NCBI GenBank assembly: GCA_934546685.1
Contig: CAKTEB010000001.1
Coordinates: forward strand, 22,372 to 86,371
Origin: an uncultured Oscillospiraceae bacterium
GTDB taxonomy: Bacteria; Bacillota; Clostridia; Oscillospirales; Oscillospiraceae
Length of the DNA stretch: 64,000 nucleotides
Reading direction: 5' to 3'
The position numbers and the translations under genes were made by a program. The notes beneath the pieces were generated by a model. The model had not been told where the DNA came from, ran no database searches, and worked only from the letters and a program-made list of their open reading frames with translations. Each line of letters starts with the position of its first letter. The stretch's first letter is position 1. Positions 45,909 through 54,974 of the stretch are shown here, one piece after another.

Positions 45909-46484
45909 ATGTCTGAAAAAACGCCTTATGAAAAAATGCTGGCGGAGGAGTATTATCACCCCGATGACCAGCTGGCTGCCATGGCCTACCAGTGCAGCCA
46001 GGGGCTCCTGTACATCAACTCCAAGGCCCCCAGAGATCCGGAACGGGACGCATTTCTAAAAACCTTCTTCGGCTCCATGGGAGACGGCGTGGTGGTGAAG
46101 GGCAACTTCAACTGTGACTATGGCCGCCATATCTACCTGGGCAGCCGGTGCATCATCAACTGCAACGTCACCATTCTCGATACCGCCCGGGTGGACATTG
46201 GTGATGACGTATTCATCGCTCCCGGGGTCGTGATCTCCGCCGCCACGCATCCTCTGGATGCGGAGAGCCGGGTGGCCCGAAACTTCATCAGTCACCCGGT
46301 CACCATCGGTGATCGGGTATGGATCGGCGCCAACGCCACCATTCTTCCCGGCGTGACCATTGGGAAGGATGCGGTGATCGCCGCCGGCGCGGTGGTCAAT
46401 CACGACGTTCCCGCCGGGGTGCTGGCAGCGGGTGTTCCCGCCAGGATCATCCGCAATATAGAGCCTGTAGAAAAGGAGTCCTGA
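45909..46484 (+). CDS. maa: Sugar O-acetyltransferase (maltose/galactoside acetyltransferase family, left-handed beta-helix)
   Basis: N-terminus EKMLAEEYYHPDD. Hexapeptide repeats IGDDVFIAPGVVI and IGDRVWIGANATILPGVTIG. Confidence 0.85.
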   Translation: MSEKTPYEKMLAEEYYHPDDQLAAMAYQCSQGLLYINSKAPRDPERDAFLKTFFGSMGDGVVVKGNFNCDYGRHIYLGSRCIINCNVTILDTARVDIGDDVFIAPGVVISAATHPLDAESRVARNFISHPVTIGDRVWIGANATILPGVTIGKDAVIAAGAVVNHDVPAGVLAAGVPARIIRNIEPVEKES

Positions 46485-46487
46485 CCC

Positions 46488-47204
46488 ATGCCCGGACTTG
46501 GAACCCTTATCAACGTGGCCGCAATTCTCCTGGCAGGACTGCTGGGCAGTCTCCTGGGGAAAATCCTCCAGCCCCACATACAGGAGGGGCTCATGAAGGC
46601 CACCGGCCTGTGTGTACTGTTCATTGGTCTGGCGGGAGCCATGGAGCATATGCTCTCCATCCAGTCCGGCGCTCTGACCAGCGGCGGAAGCATGCTGCTC
46701 ATTGGCTGCTTCTCTCTGGGTACGCTTTTGGGTGCTTGGCTGAACATCGAGGGCCGCCTGGAGCAGTTCGGCGCATGGCTGAAGGTCAAGACGGGCAGCC
46801 AGCAGGACAGCGGCTTTGTGGGAGCCTTTGTGGATGCCACCATGACCGTCTGTATCGGTGCCATGGCGGTGGTGGGCTCCCTGGAGGACGGTATTGCGGG
46901 GGATCATTCTCTGCTGGTGGCCAAGGCCGTGTTGGATTTTATCATCATCTTTGTAATGACCTCCTCTCTGGGCCGGGGCTGCGCCTTTGCGGCCATCCCG
47001 GTGGGGATCTTCCAGGGGATCATCACCCTGCTGGCCCGGTTTATCGCCCCGGTCATGACCGCTGACGCCCAGAACTATCTGTCCCTGTCCGGATCCATTC
47101 TGATCTTCGCCGTAGGTGTGAATCTCATCTGGGGGAAGAAGCTGCCCGTGGCCAATATGCTGCCGACGCTGGTGTTCGCCGTGATCGCCGCGTTATTTGT
47201 ATAA
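46488..47204 (+). CDS. DUF554 family membrane protein
   Basis: 238 aa, polytopic. The N-terminus GLGTLINVAAILLAGLLGSLLG is typical of YdfK/DUF554. Starts 4 nt after the upstream stop. Confidence 0.7.
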   Translation: MPGLGTLINVAAILLAGLLGSLLGKILQPHIQEGLMKATGLCVLFIGLAGAMEHMLSIQSGALTSGGSMLLIGCFSLGTLLGAWLNIEGRLEQFGAWLKVKTGSQQDSGFVGAFVDATMTVCIGAMAVVGSLEDGIAGDHSLLVAKAVLDFIIIFVMTSSLGRGCAFAAIPVGIFQGIITLLARFIAPVMTADAQNYLSLSGSILIFAVGVNLIWGKKLPVANMLPTLVFAVIAALFV

Positions 47205-47208
47205 CGCC

Positions 47209-47243
47209 AAGCACCGCACTGCTTAGCTCGCAGTGCGGTGCTT
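47209..47243. terminator. Bidirectional terminator
   Basis: 14-bp stem aagcaccgcactgc / gcagtgcggtgctt with a 7-nt loop. Confidence 0.6.
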
Positions 47244-47257
47244 TCGTATGTCTATGT

Positions 47258-47974
47258 TTATCCGCCGAAGTATGCCTTTCTCACTACGTCGTTCTGACGG
47301 ATATCCTCTACGGCACCCTCGGCCACCAGCTCACCCACCTGCAGGGTATAGCAGTATTCTGCCGTACCGAAGGCAAGATGGACGTTCTGCTCCACCAGCA
47401 GAATAGAAGTACCCTTGGTCTTATTGATCTCCCGGATCTTTACGCCAATGTCTTCAATGACCGCAGGCGCCAGGCCCAGGGAGGGCTCGTCCAGGCACAG
47501 GAGCTTCGGCCCCGCCATAATGCCCCGGGCAATGGCCAGCATCTGCTGCTGACCGCCGGACATGGTCCCGGCCTTCTGCTTGAGCCGATCCTTCAAAATT
47601 GGGAACAGCTCATAGCAGAACTCCAGATCCGCCTGGATACCGTCCTTGTCCTTCCGCTGGGTGGCGCCCAGCAGCAGGTTCTTCTGCACCGTCAGATAGG
47701 GGAACAGGTGCCGCCCCTCCGGGGCCAGCACCAGGCCCTTCTGGACCCGCTCCGCTGTGGAGGCATGTGTGATGTCCTGGCCGTCGAAAATGATCTTGCC
47801 CGCCGTGGCGGGGACCAGCCCCAAAACCGTATTGAGTGTCGTGGATTTTCCCGCGCCGTTGGAACCGATCAGTGTGACAATGCCGCCCTGGGGCACGGAA
47901 ATATTTACATCGTGGATGGCAACGGACTTTCCATACATGACCTTCAGGCCCTGGATCTCCAGAATATTACTCAT
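47258..47974 (-). CDS. livF: LIV-type ABC transporter ATP-binding protein (LivF-like)
   Basis: Walker A GSNGAGKST, signature MSGGQQQM, and Walker B LLCLDEPS. Confidence 0.9.
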   Translation of the reverse strand: MSNILEIQGLKVMYGKSVAIHDVNISVPQGGIVTLIGSNGAGKSTTLNTVLGLVPATAGKIIFDGQDITHASTAERVQKGLVLAPEGRHLFPYLTVQKNLLLGATQRKDKDGIQADLEFCYELFPILKDRLKQKAGTMSGGQQQMLAIARGIMAGPKLLCLDEPSLGLAPAVIEDIGVKIREINKTKGTSILLVEQNVHLAFGTAEYCYTLQVGELVAEGAVEDIRQNDVVRKAYFGG

Positions 47975-48729
47975 ACCGTACCTCCAAAATAGGTCTCGAT
48001 GACCGTGGGATCCTGGCGCATGCCCTCCGGCGTGCCCTCAAAGATCTTCTCGCCGAAGGAGATTACGGTAACGGAGTCCAGGATGTCCAGGATCTGCATG
48101 TTGTGCTCCACCACCAAAATGGAGATTCCCTTGTCCCGGAGCTTGGAGATCGCGTCAATGGAGAAGGCGATCTCCTCGGGGTTCATACCGCCCAGTGGCT
48201 CATCCAGCAGCAAAAGTTTCGGCTTGGTAGCCAGCGCCCGGGCCACGCCCAGGATCTTCTGATAGCCATGGGGCAGATTCTTTGCCAGCTCATTGCGCAC
48301 ATGCTGGAGCCCCAGGAATTCCAGGATCTCGTCAGCGGACTTGGCGATGTATTCCTCATTGGTCCGATAGGTCTTGGTGTTGAAGAAGATCTGGGGCACC
48401 GTGGAATGGGGCCGCAGATGATAGGCCGCCGTAACGTTTTCAAAAACTGTAAACTCGCCGAACAGGGGATTGAGCTGGAAGGTCCGTCCAATGCCCATTT
48501 TGGCCACCTGATGAGGCCGGGACTTGGTGATCTCCCGTCCCGCATAGAAAATATGACCGGAGGAGGGCGTCAGCACACCGGTGATCAGGTTGAAGAAGGT
48601 GGACTTGCCTGCGCCGTTGGGGCCAAGGAAGCCCTTGATCTCGCCTTCTTCCATGGAAAAGTCCAGATCACTCATAACGGTCAGGCCGCCGAAGCGTTTG
48701 GTGAGCCCAGAGGTTTCAAGCAGCTTCAT
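47971..48729 (-). CDS. livG: LIV-type ABC transporter ATP-binding protein (LivG-like)
   Basis: Walker A GPNGAGKST, FGGLTV, and Walker B LLLLDEPLGG. 4-nt overlap with livF. Confidence 0.9.
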   Translation of the reverse strand: MKLLETSGLTKRFGGLTVMSDLDFSMEEGEIKGFLGPNGAGKSTFFNLITGVLTPSSGHIFYAGREITKSRPHQVAKMGIGRTFQLNPLFGEFTVFENVTAAYHLRPHSTVPQIFFNTKTYRTNEEYIAKSADEILEFLGLQHVRNELAKNLPHGYQKILGVARALATKPKLLLLDEPLGGMNPEEIAFSIDAISKLRDKGISILVVEHNMQILDILDSVTVISFGEKIFEGTPEGMRQDPTVIETYFGGTV

Positions 48730-49681
48730 GGTCGTTTCCTCCTTCCGTGGCGTTCTCCTGTCTCCTCGCTCTGCGGCTGCGGATCAGGCTGGGGATACCC
48801 GCCAGGCCGCCAGGCAGCAGATAGGCCACCAGCAGCGTGCAGGCACCGGTAAGGAACGGCGCATAGGCGCTGAGATCCCGGCCCAGCTCGGGGATCAGCA
48901 CGAAGATGATCGCGCCGATGATGGGTCCAATGAAGTAGTCCTCTCCGCCAATGAGCATGTACATCAGCAGCCACAGGGAGAAGGTCATGTCATAGTTGGT
49001 GGGGCTCAGCACCGTGGAATAGAGGCCGTAGGCCGCGCCCACGATACCGGCGCAGAAGCTGCCCATGCCCACAGCCAGGAGCCGATAGAAGGTGGCATTG
49101 ATGCCGATGGAGGACGCCACATCCTGAGACTGAGACAGCGCCCGGAGCGTGGTGCCGATCCGGGAAAACTCGAACCGATACAGCACCAGCAGCAGAACCA
49201 CGGTAATGCCCAGGAATACATAATAGCAAGCAATATCACTTTGCAGCAGCTTGGGGATCCGGGTCAGGCCGTGGTAGCCGCCGGTGATGCCCAGAGCCTT
49301 GATAATATAGGTCACAGTGACGCCCATAAACATGGAGGCCATGGAGTAATACATACCCTTGAGCCGCACAAAGGGCAGGCCCGTCAGTACGCTGACCGCC
49401 ATAGCAAACAGGCCGCCGGCCAGAATGGTCACCACTGGAGGCAGCGCCAGGGACTTAGCCAGAATTCCGCCGCAGTAGGCGCCCAGCGCAATGAACGCGC
49501 CGTGGGCAAAGGTCAGGGTGCCGGACAGGGAAATGGTTCGCAGGCTCACAGAGCCCACCACCTTGTAGAGCACCATGATCAGCACACCGATCCAATAGCT
49601 GGTGTTCAGCACCAGAGGCAGCAGCAGAAAGATCAGAAGCAGAACACCATAGGGAAGGCCCTTCTTGAGATTCAGTTTCAT
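48716..49681 (-). CDS. livM: LIV-type ABC transporter permease (LivM-like)
   Basis: 321 aa, polytopic. RBS TAAGGAGG. Overlaps the livG start. Confidence 0.85.
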   Translation of the reverse strand: MKLNLKKGLPYGVLLLIFLLLPLVLNTSYWIGVLIMVLYKVVGSVSLRTISLSGTLTFAHGAFIALGAYCGGILAKSLALPPVVTILAGGLFAMAVSVLTGLPFVRLKGMYYSMASMFMGVTVTYIIKALGITGGYHGLTRIPKLLQSDIACYYVFLGITVVLLLVLYRFEFSRIGTTLRALSQSQDVASSIGINATFYRLLAVGMGSFCAGIVGAAYGLYSTVLSPTNYDMTFSLWLLMYMLIGGEDYFIGPIIGAIIFVLIPELGRDLSAYAPFLTGACTLLVAYLLPGGLAGIPSLIRSRRARRQENATEGGNDHEAA

Positions 49682-49695
49682 TCTTGGGCACCTCC

Positions 49696-50553
49696 TTACA
49701 TTTCATGACCGAAGAAGCCCTTCGGCCGGATCAGCAGCAGGACCACCACCACAGAGCAGGCAATGGCGGAGGCAGTGTAGCTGTCCCAAATGATGGGGCA
49801 GACGGAGTCCAGCAGCGCCATCAGGAAGCCGGTGATCAAGATGCCGTTCATGGAGCCGGCACCGGCCAGCATCACCAGCATCAGGATCCGCACGTTGATA
49901 TTGTCGCCCATATTGGAGCTCACCTGCTGGTAGGCGCCCATCATAGCACCGGCCACCGCCGCCAGGGCAAAGCCCATACCGCAGACCAGCATGGCCACCT
50001 TGTTGACCTGGATGCCCTGCATGGCCGCACCCAAGCGATCCTGGGAGATGGCCTCCATCTGCATGCCCAGCTTCGTCCGGTAGACGATAAACAGGGTGAT
50101 GATCAGCAGCACCGCGCCCACCGCAAAAGTAACAAGCTTCTCATAGCTCAGAAGCATAAACCCCAGATTGACGGAGCCGCTGCCGTAGGCGGGAATGGAG
50201 ATGGTCTGGGAGCCGGAAACCTGAACCGCCAGCTGCTGGAGCATGGTCATAATGGCTACAGATACCATGACCACTCGGTCAAACTCCTTTTGGAAGGGGC
50301 GGAATACAAACCGCTCCATCAATACACCCAGGGACGCCAGGATCACGGCCGCCAGCAGCATTGCCAGCCAGTTGTTGAGCCCCGCCTTAGCACAGAGATA
50401 ATAGGTAATGTACGCGGCCAGCATATAGAATGCGCCGTGGGCCAGGTTCACAGAGCCCAGCATATTAAAGATAAACGCAAAACCCAGGGACGCCAGAATG
50501 TACATGGATGCCAGCACCAGGGTATTGACTACGATATTGGGGATCAGTCCCAT
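49696..50553 (-). CDS. livH: LIV-type ABC transporter permease (LivH-like)
   Basis: 285 aa, polytopic. RBS AGAGGTGA. Confidence 0.85.
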   Translation of the reverse strand: MGLIPNIVVNTLVLASMYILASLGFAFIFNMLGSVNLAHGAFYMLAAYITYYLCAKAGLNNWLAMLLAAVILASLGVLMERFVFRPFQKEFDRVVMVSVAIMTMLQQLAVQVSGSQTISIPAYGSGSVNLGFMLLSYEKLVTFAVGAVLLIITLFIVYRTKLGMQMEAISQDRLGAAMQGIQVNKVAMLVCGMGFALAAVAGAMMGAYQQVSSNMGDNINVRILMLVMLAGAGSMNGILITGFLMALLDSVCPIIWDSYTASAIACSVVVVLLLIRPKGFFGHEM

Positions 50554-50583
50554 TCATTTCACCTCTTGAAACAAGATAGATGA

Positions 50584-50623
50584 CGGGTACAAGGTGTGTT
50601 CGTAAAAACGCACCTTGTACCCG
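50584..50623 (-). other. Intercistronic stem-loop between the SBP gene and livH
   Basis: 13-bp stem cgggtacaaggtg / caccttgtacccg. There is no T-tract in the direction of transcription, so a stabiliser or processing element is more likely than a terminator. Confidence 0.35.
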
Positions 50624-50637
50624 CATTTTGTTATAGC

Positions 50638-51918
50638 TTAGGGAGCGATACAATCATAGGTGCCCATGTAGACGATCTGGCCATTATCCGCCTTCAGCGC
50701 ATGGCTGGGATGTGCGATCAGGTGTGCGCACCCAAAGGTCTTTTCACCGCACTTTACGCCAGTGCCAAACAGGGTCTCGATGGAATCCACAGAGTCAAAA
50801 TAGGTGCGGACAGCTTCCACGTCGGTGGAGCCTGCGCCCTGCATCAGCTGAAGCAGGTTATAGAGGTTGTCCATGCAGGCGCCGTTCCAAGCGGCGGCGT
50901 TGTCCTGACCGTAGGTATCCACAAACAGCTTGTATAGCTCGTTAAAGGTGTCGGTATTGTGCTCGGGAGTTGCCACGTCGGAGCCGAAGGTGAACGCACC
51001 GGAGAGATCATTCAGGCCGGAGCCAGCGATCAGCGCGCCGGGGCTCAGAGTGATGACTGCCGCGCAGACCATATCGGAGCCAGAGGAGCGGACTTCCTTC
51101 AGGAGGCCGGCAATGTTGTCGGGTGTGCCATTGCCGATGAAGGCGTCAGCGCCGGAGTTGATGACCTTCAGAGCGATGGAGGAGAAGTCGGTGGTCTCGC
51201 CGTCATAGACGATGAACGCATCGTTGTACTCAATGCCCACACGCTTGCAGGCCTCTTCCACCAGAGCCGCCTGCTCCTTGTTGACGCCATTATCGTCACA
51301 GCAGTAAACAACAGACTTGACCTCGGGATACTGGTCCTTCAGTACGTCCAGAGCCGTGGAGAACTGGGAGGTACAGGCATCGGAGAAGGAGTAGGAATAC
51401 TTGGTCTCCGCATTCATAACATTGTGATTCATGTTGTTCTGAGCCATGATGTTCATGACGCCGGCGTTCTCGAAGATATCAATGGCGCCCTCTACCCAGA
51501 AGTCATTGGTCTCGATGACATACTGGATGCCCTGATCCACCAGGCGCTGGGCCGCGGAGCGGATGCCCTCTGCGTCGGAGCCGCCGTCCTCTACCACCAG
51601 CTCCAGCTGGTACTTGGTGCCGCCGATGTCGATGCCGCCCTGGTCATTATAGTATTTGCACAGGGTCTCCATCTCGATCTGGTTGTTGTAGTCGATGGAC
51701 GCAAACCAGCCGGTGGTATTGATCAGCGCGCCGATCTTCAGCACGTTGTCACCGGAGGCTGCGGGCTTTGCCGCCGCGGGAGTGCCGGAGTCGGCCTCAC
51801 TGGCCGCAGGCGCGGGCGCACTGGATGCCGCGCTGCCGCTGCCGCTTCCACAGGCCGCCAGGCCCAGGACCATCGCCGCCGCAAGGAGCAGCGCAAGTAT
51901 CTTTTTGGTCATTTTCAT
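50638..51918 (-). CDS. LIV-type (Peripla_BP_6-like) ABC transporter substrate-binding lipoprotein
   Basis: Lipobox LGLAACG and a Ser/Ala/Pro linker. 426 aa. First gene of the liv-like operon. Confidence 0.85.
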   Translation of the reverse strand: MKMTKKILALLLAAAMVLGLAACGSGSGSAASSAPAPAASEADSGTPAAAKPAASGDNVLKIGALINTTGWFASIDYNNQIEMETLCKYYNDQGGIDIGGTKYQLELVVEDGGSDAEGIRSAAQRLVDQGIQYVIETNDFWVEGAIDIFENAGVMNIMAQNNMNHNVMNAETKYSYSFSDACTSQFSTALDVLKDQYPEVKSVVYCCDDNGVNKEQAALVEEACKRVGIEYNDAFIVYDGETTDFSSIALKVINSGADAFIGNGTPDNIAGLLKEVRSSGSDMVCAAVITLSPGALIAGSGLNDLSGAFTFGSDVATPEHNTDTFNELYKLFVDTYGQDNAAAWNGACMDNLYNLLQLMQGAGSTDVEAVRTYFDSVDSIETLFGTGVKCGEKTFGCAHLIAHPSHALKADNGQIVYMGTYDCIAP

Positions 51919-51948
51919 TTCATCCTTTCCGTGGTGAGGGCATTTGTC

Positions 51949-51970
51949 ATGAAACGTTATAACATTTCAT
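51949..51970. promoter_or_regulatory. 22-bp near-perfect palindrome, candidate LysR-type binding site
   Basis: ATGAAACGTTATAACATTTCAT (20 of 22 positions symmetric) lies in the 150-bp divergent region between the SBP gene and the LysR gene. GAAATA motifs recur at about 51993 and 52025. Confidence 0.4.
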
Positions 51971-52068
51971 CCTCTGGCTTCATATTACACTTGAAATACT
52001 TTCTTGTCAAATATATAATATTCGTGAAATATATTAATAACATTTATGAGTCAAAGGGGGCTCAGAAA

Positions 52069-53064
52069 ATGGATCTTCTGCAAATGAAATATATCGTGGC
52101 CATCGCCGAAAGCGAATCCATGACCCAGGCCGCCGAGCGGCTGAACGTCTCCCAGTCCGCCCTGTCGCTCAGCTATAAGCGCCTCCAGGATGAATTGGGC
52201 ATCCCCCTGTTCCGCCGCCAGGGCCGCAGGCTCCAGCTCACCGATGCCGGAACGTTTTTCTGCCGGAGTGCCTCTATGATCCTGGGCCAGGTGGATAAGC
52301 TGGCCTATGACATGTCCACCCTCCGGGGCAGCGGTATTTCCACCGTAGTCTATACCTCCGAGGCAGGTGACTTTACCAACGAATCTCGGCTGCTCTATCA
52401 GAAGCTCTTTCCAGAGCGGGACGTGGTGGAGGTTCGGGAGACCACCCGGGAAACTCTGGAATCCCTGCGCCGGGGCCGGGCCGCCTTTGCCATCACCTAC
52501 GAGGACAACACCGACGATTTTCTGACCTCTGAGCTGCTGCTGGAGGAGCCCATGTATGCCTTTTTAAGCGCCCGCTCCCCTTTGGCGGAGCACCGTGAGC
52601 TGTCCATGGAGCAGCTGCGCTCGCTACCCCTGATTTCCCAGCGGGAGGAGTACACCGTAGCCCAGATCATGCGCCGATTTTATACGCATTCCTCCACCAT
52701 GCCCGGACGGACTTTTTTCGTAGGCGATCCGGAGTCCATTACCATGCAGGTCTATAACGGCGTGGGCATCACCTTTGTGCCGGAGAGCGTGGTAAACTTC
52801 TGGCACAAGGTCGCCTTCCCCATGACCAAGGGTACCAGGATGATCCCCATGTCCAACCGTATCTGTCAGCGCCGCCTGTTTCTCACCTATCCCCAGGCGG
52901 GCCTGTTCCCCGATGAGACCTCCTACTATATGGAGTACATCCGGCGCTTTTCCAAATTCGTCCGGGAAAACCGCAGCTTCCCCACGCTGCCGGAGCTTCA
53001 GGGCTTCTTCGCTGTGGACTGGCCGGATTTCTCCGCTATGAAACAGCCCGCGCTGGGCCTGTAG
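52069..53064 (+). CDS. LysR family transcriptional regulator
   Basis: ATG at 52069. N-terminal HTH MDLLQMKYIVAIAESESMTQAAERLNVSQSALSLSYKRLQDELGIPLF. 331 aa. Confidence 0.88.
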   Translation: MDLLQMKYIVAIAESESMTQAAERLNVSQSALSLSYKRLQDELGIPLFRRQGRRLQLTDAGTFFCRSASMILGQVDKLAYDMSTLRGSGISTVVYTSEAGDFTNESRLLYQKLFPERDVVEVRETTRETLESLRRGRAAFAITYEDNTDDFLTSELLLEEPMYAFLSARSPLAEHRELSMEQLRSLPLISQREEYTVAQIMRRFYTHSSTMPGRTFFVGDPESITMQVYNGVGITFVPESVVNFWHKVAFPMTKGTRMIPMSNRICQRRLFLTYPQAGLFPDETSYYMEYIRRFSKFVRENRSFPTLPELQGFFAVDWPDFSAMKQPALGL

Positions 53065-53070
53065 GCGCAG

Positions 53071-53107
53071 AGAAAGGACCTGCCGCACAATGCAGCAGGT
53101 CCTTTCT
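53071..53107. terminator. Bidirectional terminator
   Basis: 13-bp stem agaaaggacctgc / gcaggtcctttct. Confidence 0.6.
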
Positions 53108-53128
53108 TTGCAGCTGTTTGCTCTCTGT

Positions 53129-54871
53129 CTATTTTGTGGCAGTACCAATACCGTCCCCATTCAAATAATAGGTATAGCCGTAGCGGTCACTGCGATAGGC
53201 GTTCTTTACCAGCTGTCCGTATTCGATCTTCACAGTGTTGTTTTCCTTGGCGTATTCCCACTTCCAATAGTAGAAGCCGTCCGGGATCGTTTGCGCCAGG
53301 GGCCCCGCGGCGGTCTGCCGGTAGGAGAGATCCGCCTCGCTTACCCGGTAGCTCCTGCTTCCAACGGTAAATACCGTGGCCTTCTTTGCGCTGGTGCAGG
53401 CGTATACCGGGATGCCCTGGTCTCTGAGGTAGGCATAGGAGGCAATGCCGCTGCTCTCATCAGTGCGCCACTGATCCCTGGTGATAACCGCCGCCGAGGG
53501 ATGCAGGGTTCGGAGCCATTCATAGCAGTTGGATGTATAAAGGCCGTGATGGCTCAGCTTCAGAATGCTGACATTGGACAGCCCGCCGTTGGCGATCAGC
53601 GTCTTTTCCTCCATTACCCCCAGGTCCGCGGCCAGCACCGTGGTCACCTGGCCCTTGGTGACCGTCAGAACCAGGGAATTGCGGTTTTCATCGTCTGTGT
53701 GAAAATCCACCAGTCCGTCATGATCCTCGTCGAGATTGCGGAAGGTGATATGAAAGTCCCCCAGCTCCAGATTAAGCTCGGTGATATTGGCATCCGATAG
53801 GCAGACGATGTTCGCTCCCGCGCCGCTCAGTCCGCTCAGTGCCTTGCCCAGATAGTCGAGATTCTGCCAGTCGGTGGTGTCATCCTCCTGGGTGGTCTTT
53901 CCTGCACGATAATATACCGTGGTATTCGCGTCAATAAACCCTTCGGCACACAGGATCGGCACACCGCCGATGTGGTCGGAGTGGTTGTGCGTCATAACGA
54001 GATAGTCGAGATGCGTTACGCCAATGGCCCGGAGATACGCCGCCACCGCATGGCCGTTGGCGTTGTCATCGGCCACGGCGTAGTTGCCGCCTACAGCCGT
54101 ATCGGGATTTCCCGCATCCACCAGCATAGCTTGGCCGTTGCTCTCCACCAGAGTCGCGTCGCTGGGATAGCCGCTGAGGCTGATAAAATGGATCCTGTCG
54201 GCGGTGGGCCCTAGGCTGTCTGCGCCTCCGGCCCGCTGCTTTAGACGCACCAGCATGGTGGTTCCCTCAGCTCTGGTCATGAGCCGAGAGGGCCCGAAGG
54301 AGCCGTCCTCATAACCCGTCACAAGCCCCTTTCGCCTGGTAACGTCCACCGCTTCCGTAGCCCAGTCTGCCATTGCCGCCGCATCGCTGAATGCCTGGGC
54401 CGGCGTCTCAGCATCCGCCACGTCCAGGGGCAGATTTGTGATGGCTCTGCCGATCATGACCGCGGCCTCCTGCCGGGTAATATTGCTGTCCGGGGAAAAG
54501 GTCCCCGTACCTGTGCCGTAGATCACGTTATGTACCTGGCCCCAGTAAACGGCGCTTTCATAGTAGCTCCCCGCAGGAACATCATGAAACACCTCTGTAG
54601 GCGATGCCGTCTCCGACTGCCCGAAGGCCCGATACAAAATGGTGATAAACTGTGCTCTTGTGATGGTATCCTCCGGGGAAAAGGTGGTATCTGAGGTGCC
54701 GTTAATCATTCCCCGCTCCACCGCGTATTCTACGTTTCCGTAATACCAGGCGCTATCGGGTACATCTCCAAAGTCCACTGCATCTGCTGCAAAGGCTGCT
54801 GCCGTCAGTGATCCCAGGGTCAGGATTATTGCCAGCCCGAGCAACAGCAGTCGTTTTATGCTTCCCTTCAT
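53129..54871 (-). CDS. Secreted SLH-domain protein with MBL-fold metallo-hydrolase domain
   Basis: ATG at 54871 follows AGGGGGA. Signal peptide. Three SLH-like repeats (FGDVPDSAWYYGNVEYAVERG..., FHDVPAGSYYESAVYW..., FSDAAAMADWATEAVD...). MBL motif THNHSDHIGG. Tyr/Trp-rich C-terminus. Confidence 0.8.
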   Translation of the reverse strand: MKGSIKRLLLLGLAIILTLGSLTAAAFAADAVDFGDVPDSAWYYGNVEYAVERGMINGTSDTTFSPEDTITRAQFITILYRAFGQSETASPTEVFHDVPAGSYYESAVYWGQVHNVIYGTGTGTFSPDSNITRQEAAVMIGRAITNLPLDVADAETPAQAFSDAAAMADWATEAVDVTRRKGLVTGYEDGSFGPSRLMTRAEGTTMLVRLKQRAGGADSLGPTADRIHFISLSGYPSDATLVESNGQAMLVDAGNPDTAVGGNYAVADDNANGHAVAAYLRAIGVTHLDYLVMTHNHSDHIGGVPILCAEGFIDANTTVYYRAGKTTQEDDTTDWQNLDYLGKALSGLSGAGANIVCLSDANITELNLELGDFHITFRNLDEDHDGLVDFHTDDENRNSLVLTVTKGQVTTVLAADLGVMEEKTLIANGGLSNVSILKLSHHGLYTSNCYEWLRTLHPSAAVITRDQWRTDESSGIASYAYLRDQGIPVYACTSAKKATVFTVGSRSYRVSEADLSYRQTAAGPLAQTIPDGFYYWKWEYAKENNTVKIEYGQLVKNAYRSDRYGYTYYLNGDGIGTATK

Positions 54872-54974
54872 GATTGTGCGTTCCCCCTGTTTTTCTGTCA
54901 CTTCTTCATTTTCCCCAGGGTATTTTAATAGAAAGCGTTAGAAAAATCAAGGCGCGCAGTCGATGCCAATTCTC

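Noticed and set aside
50959-52068. The ORF track shows a 701-aa ORF that fuses upstream sequence to the LysR gene
   Set aside because: The first 370 codons are antisense to the LIV-type SBP gene and are low-complexity. The LysR HTH begins at the ATG at 52069, which has its own G-rich RBS.
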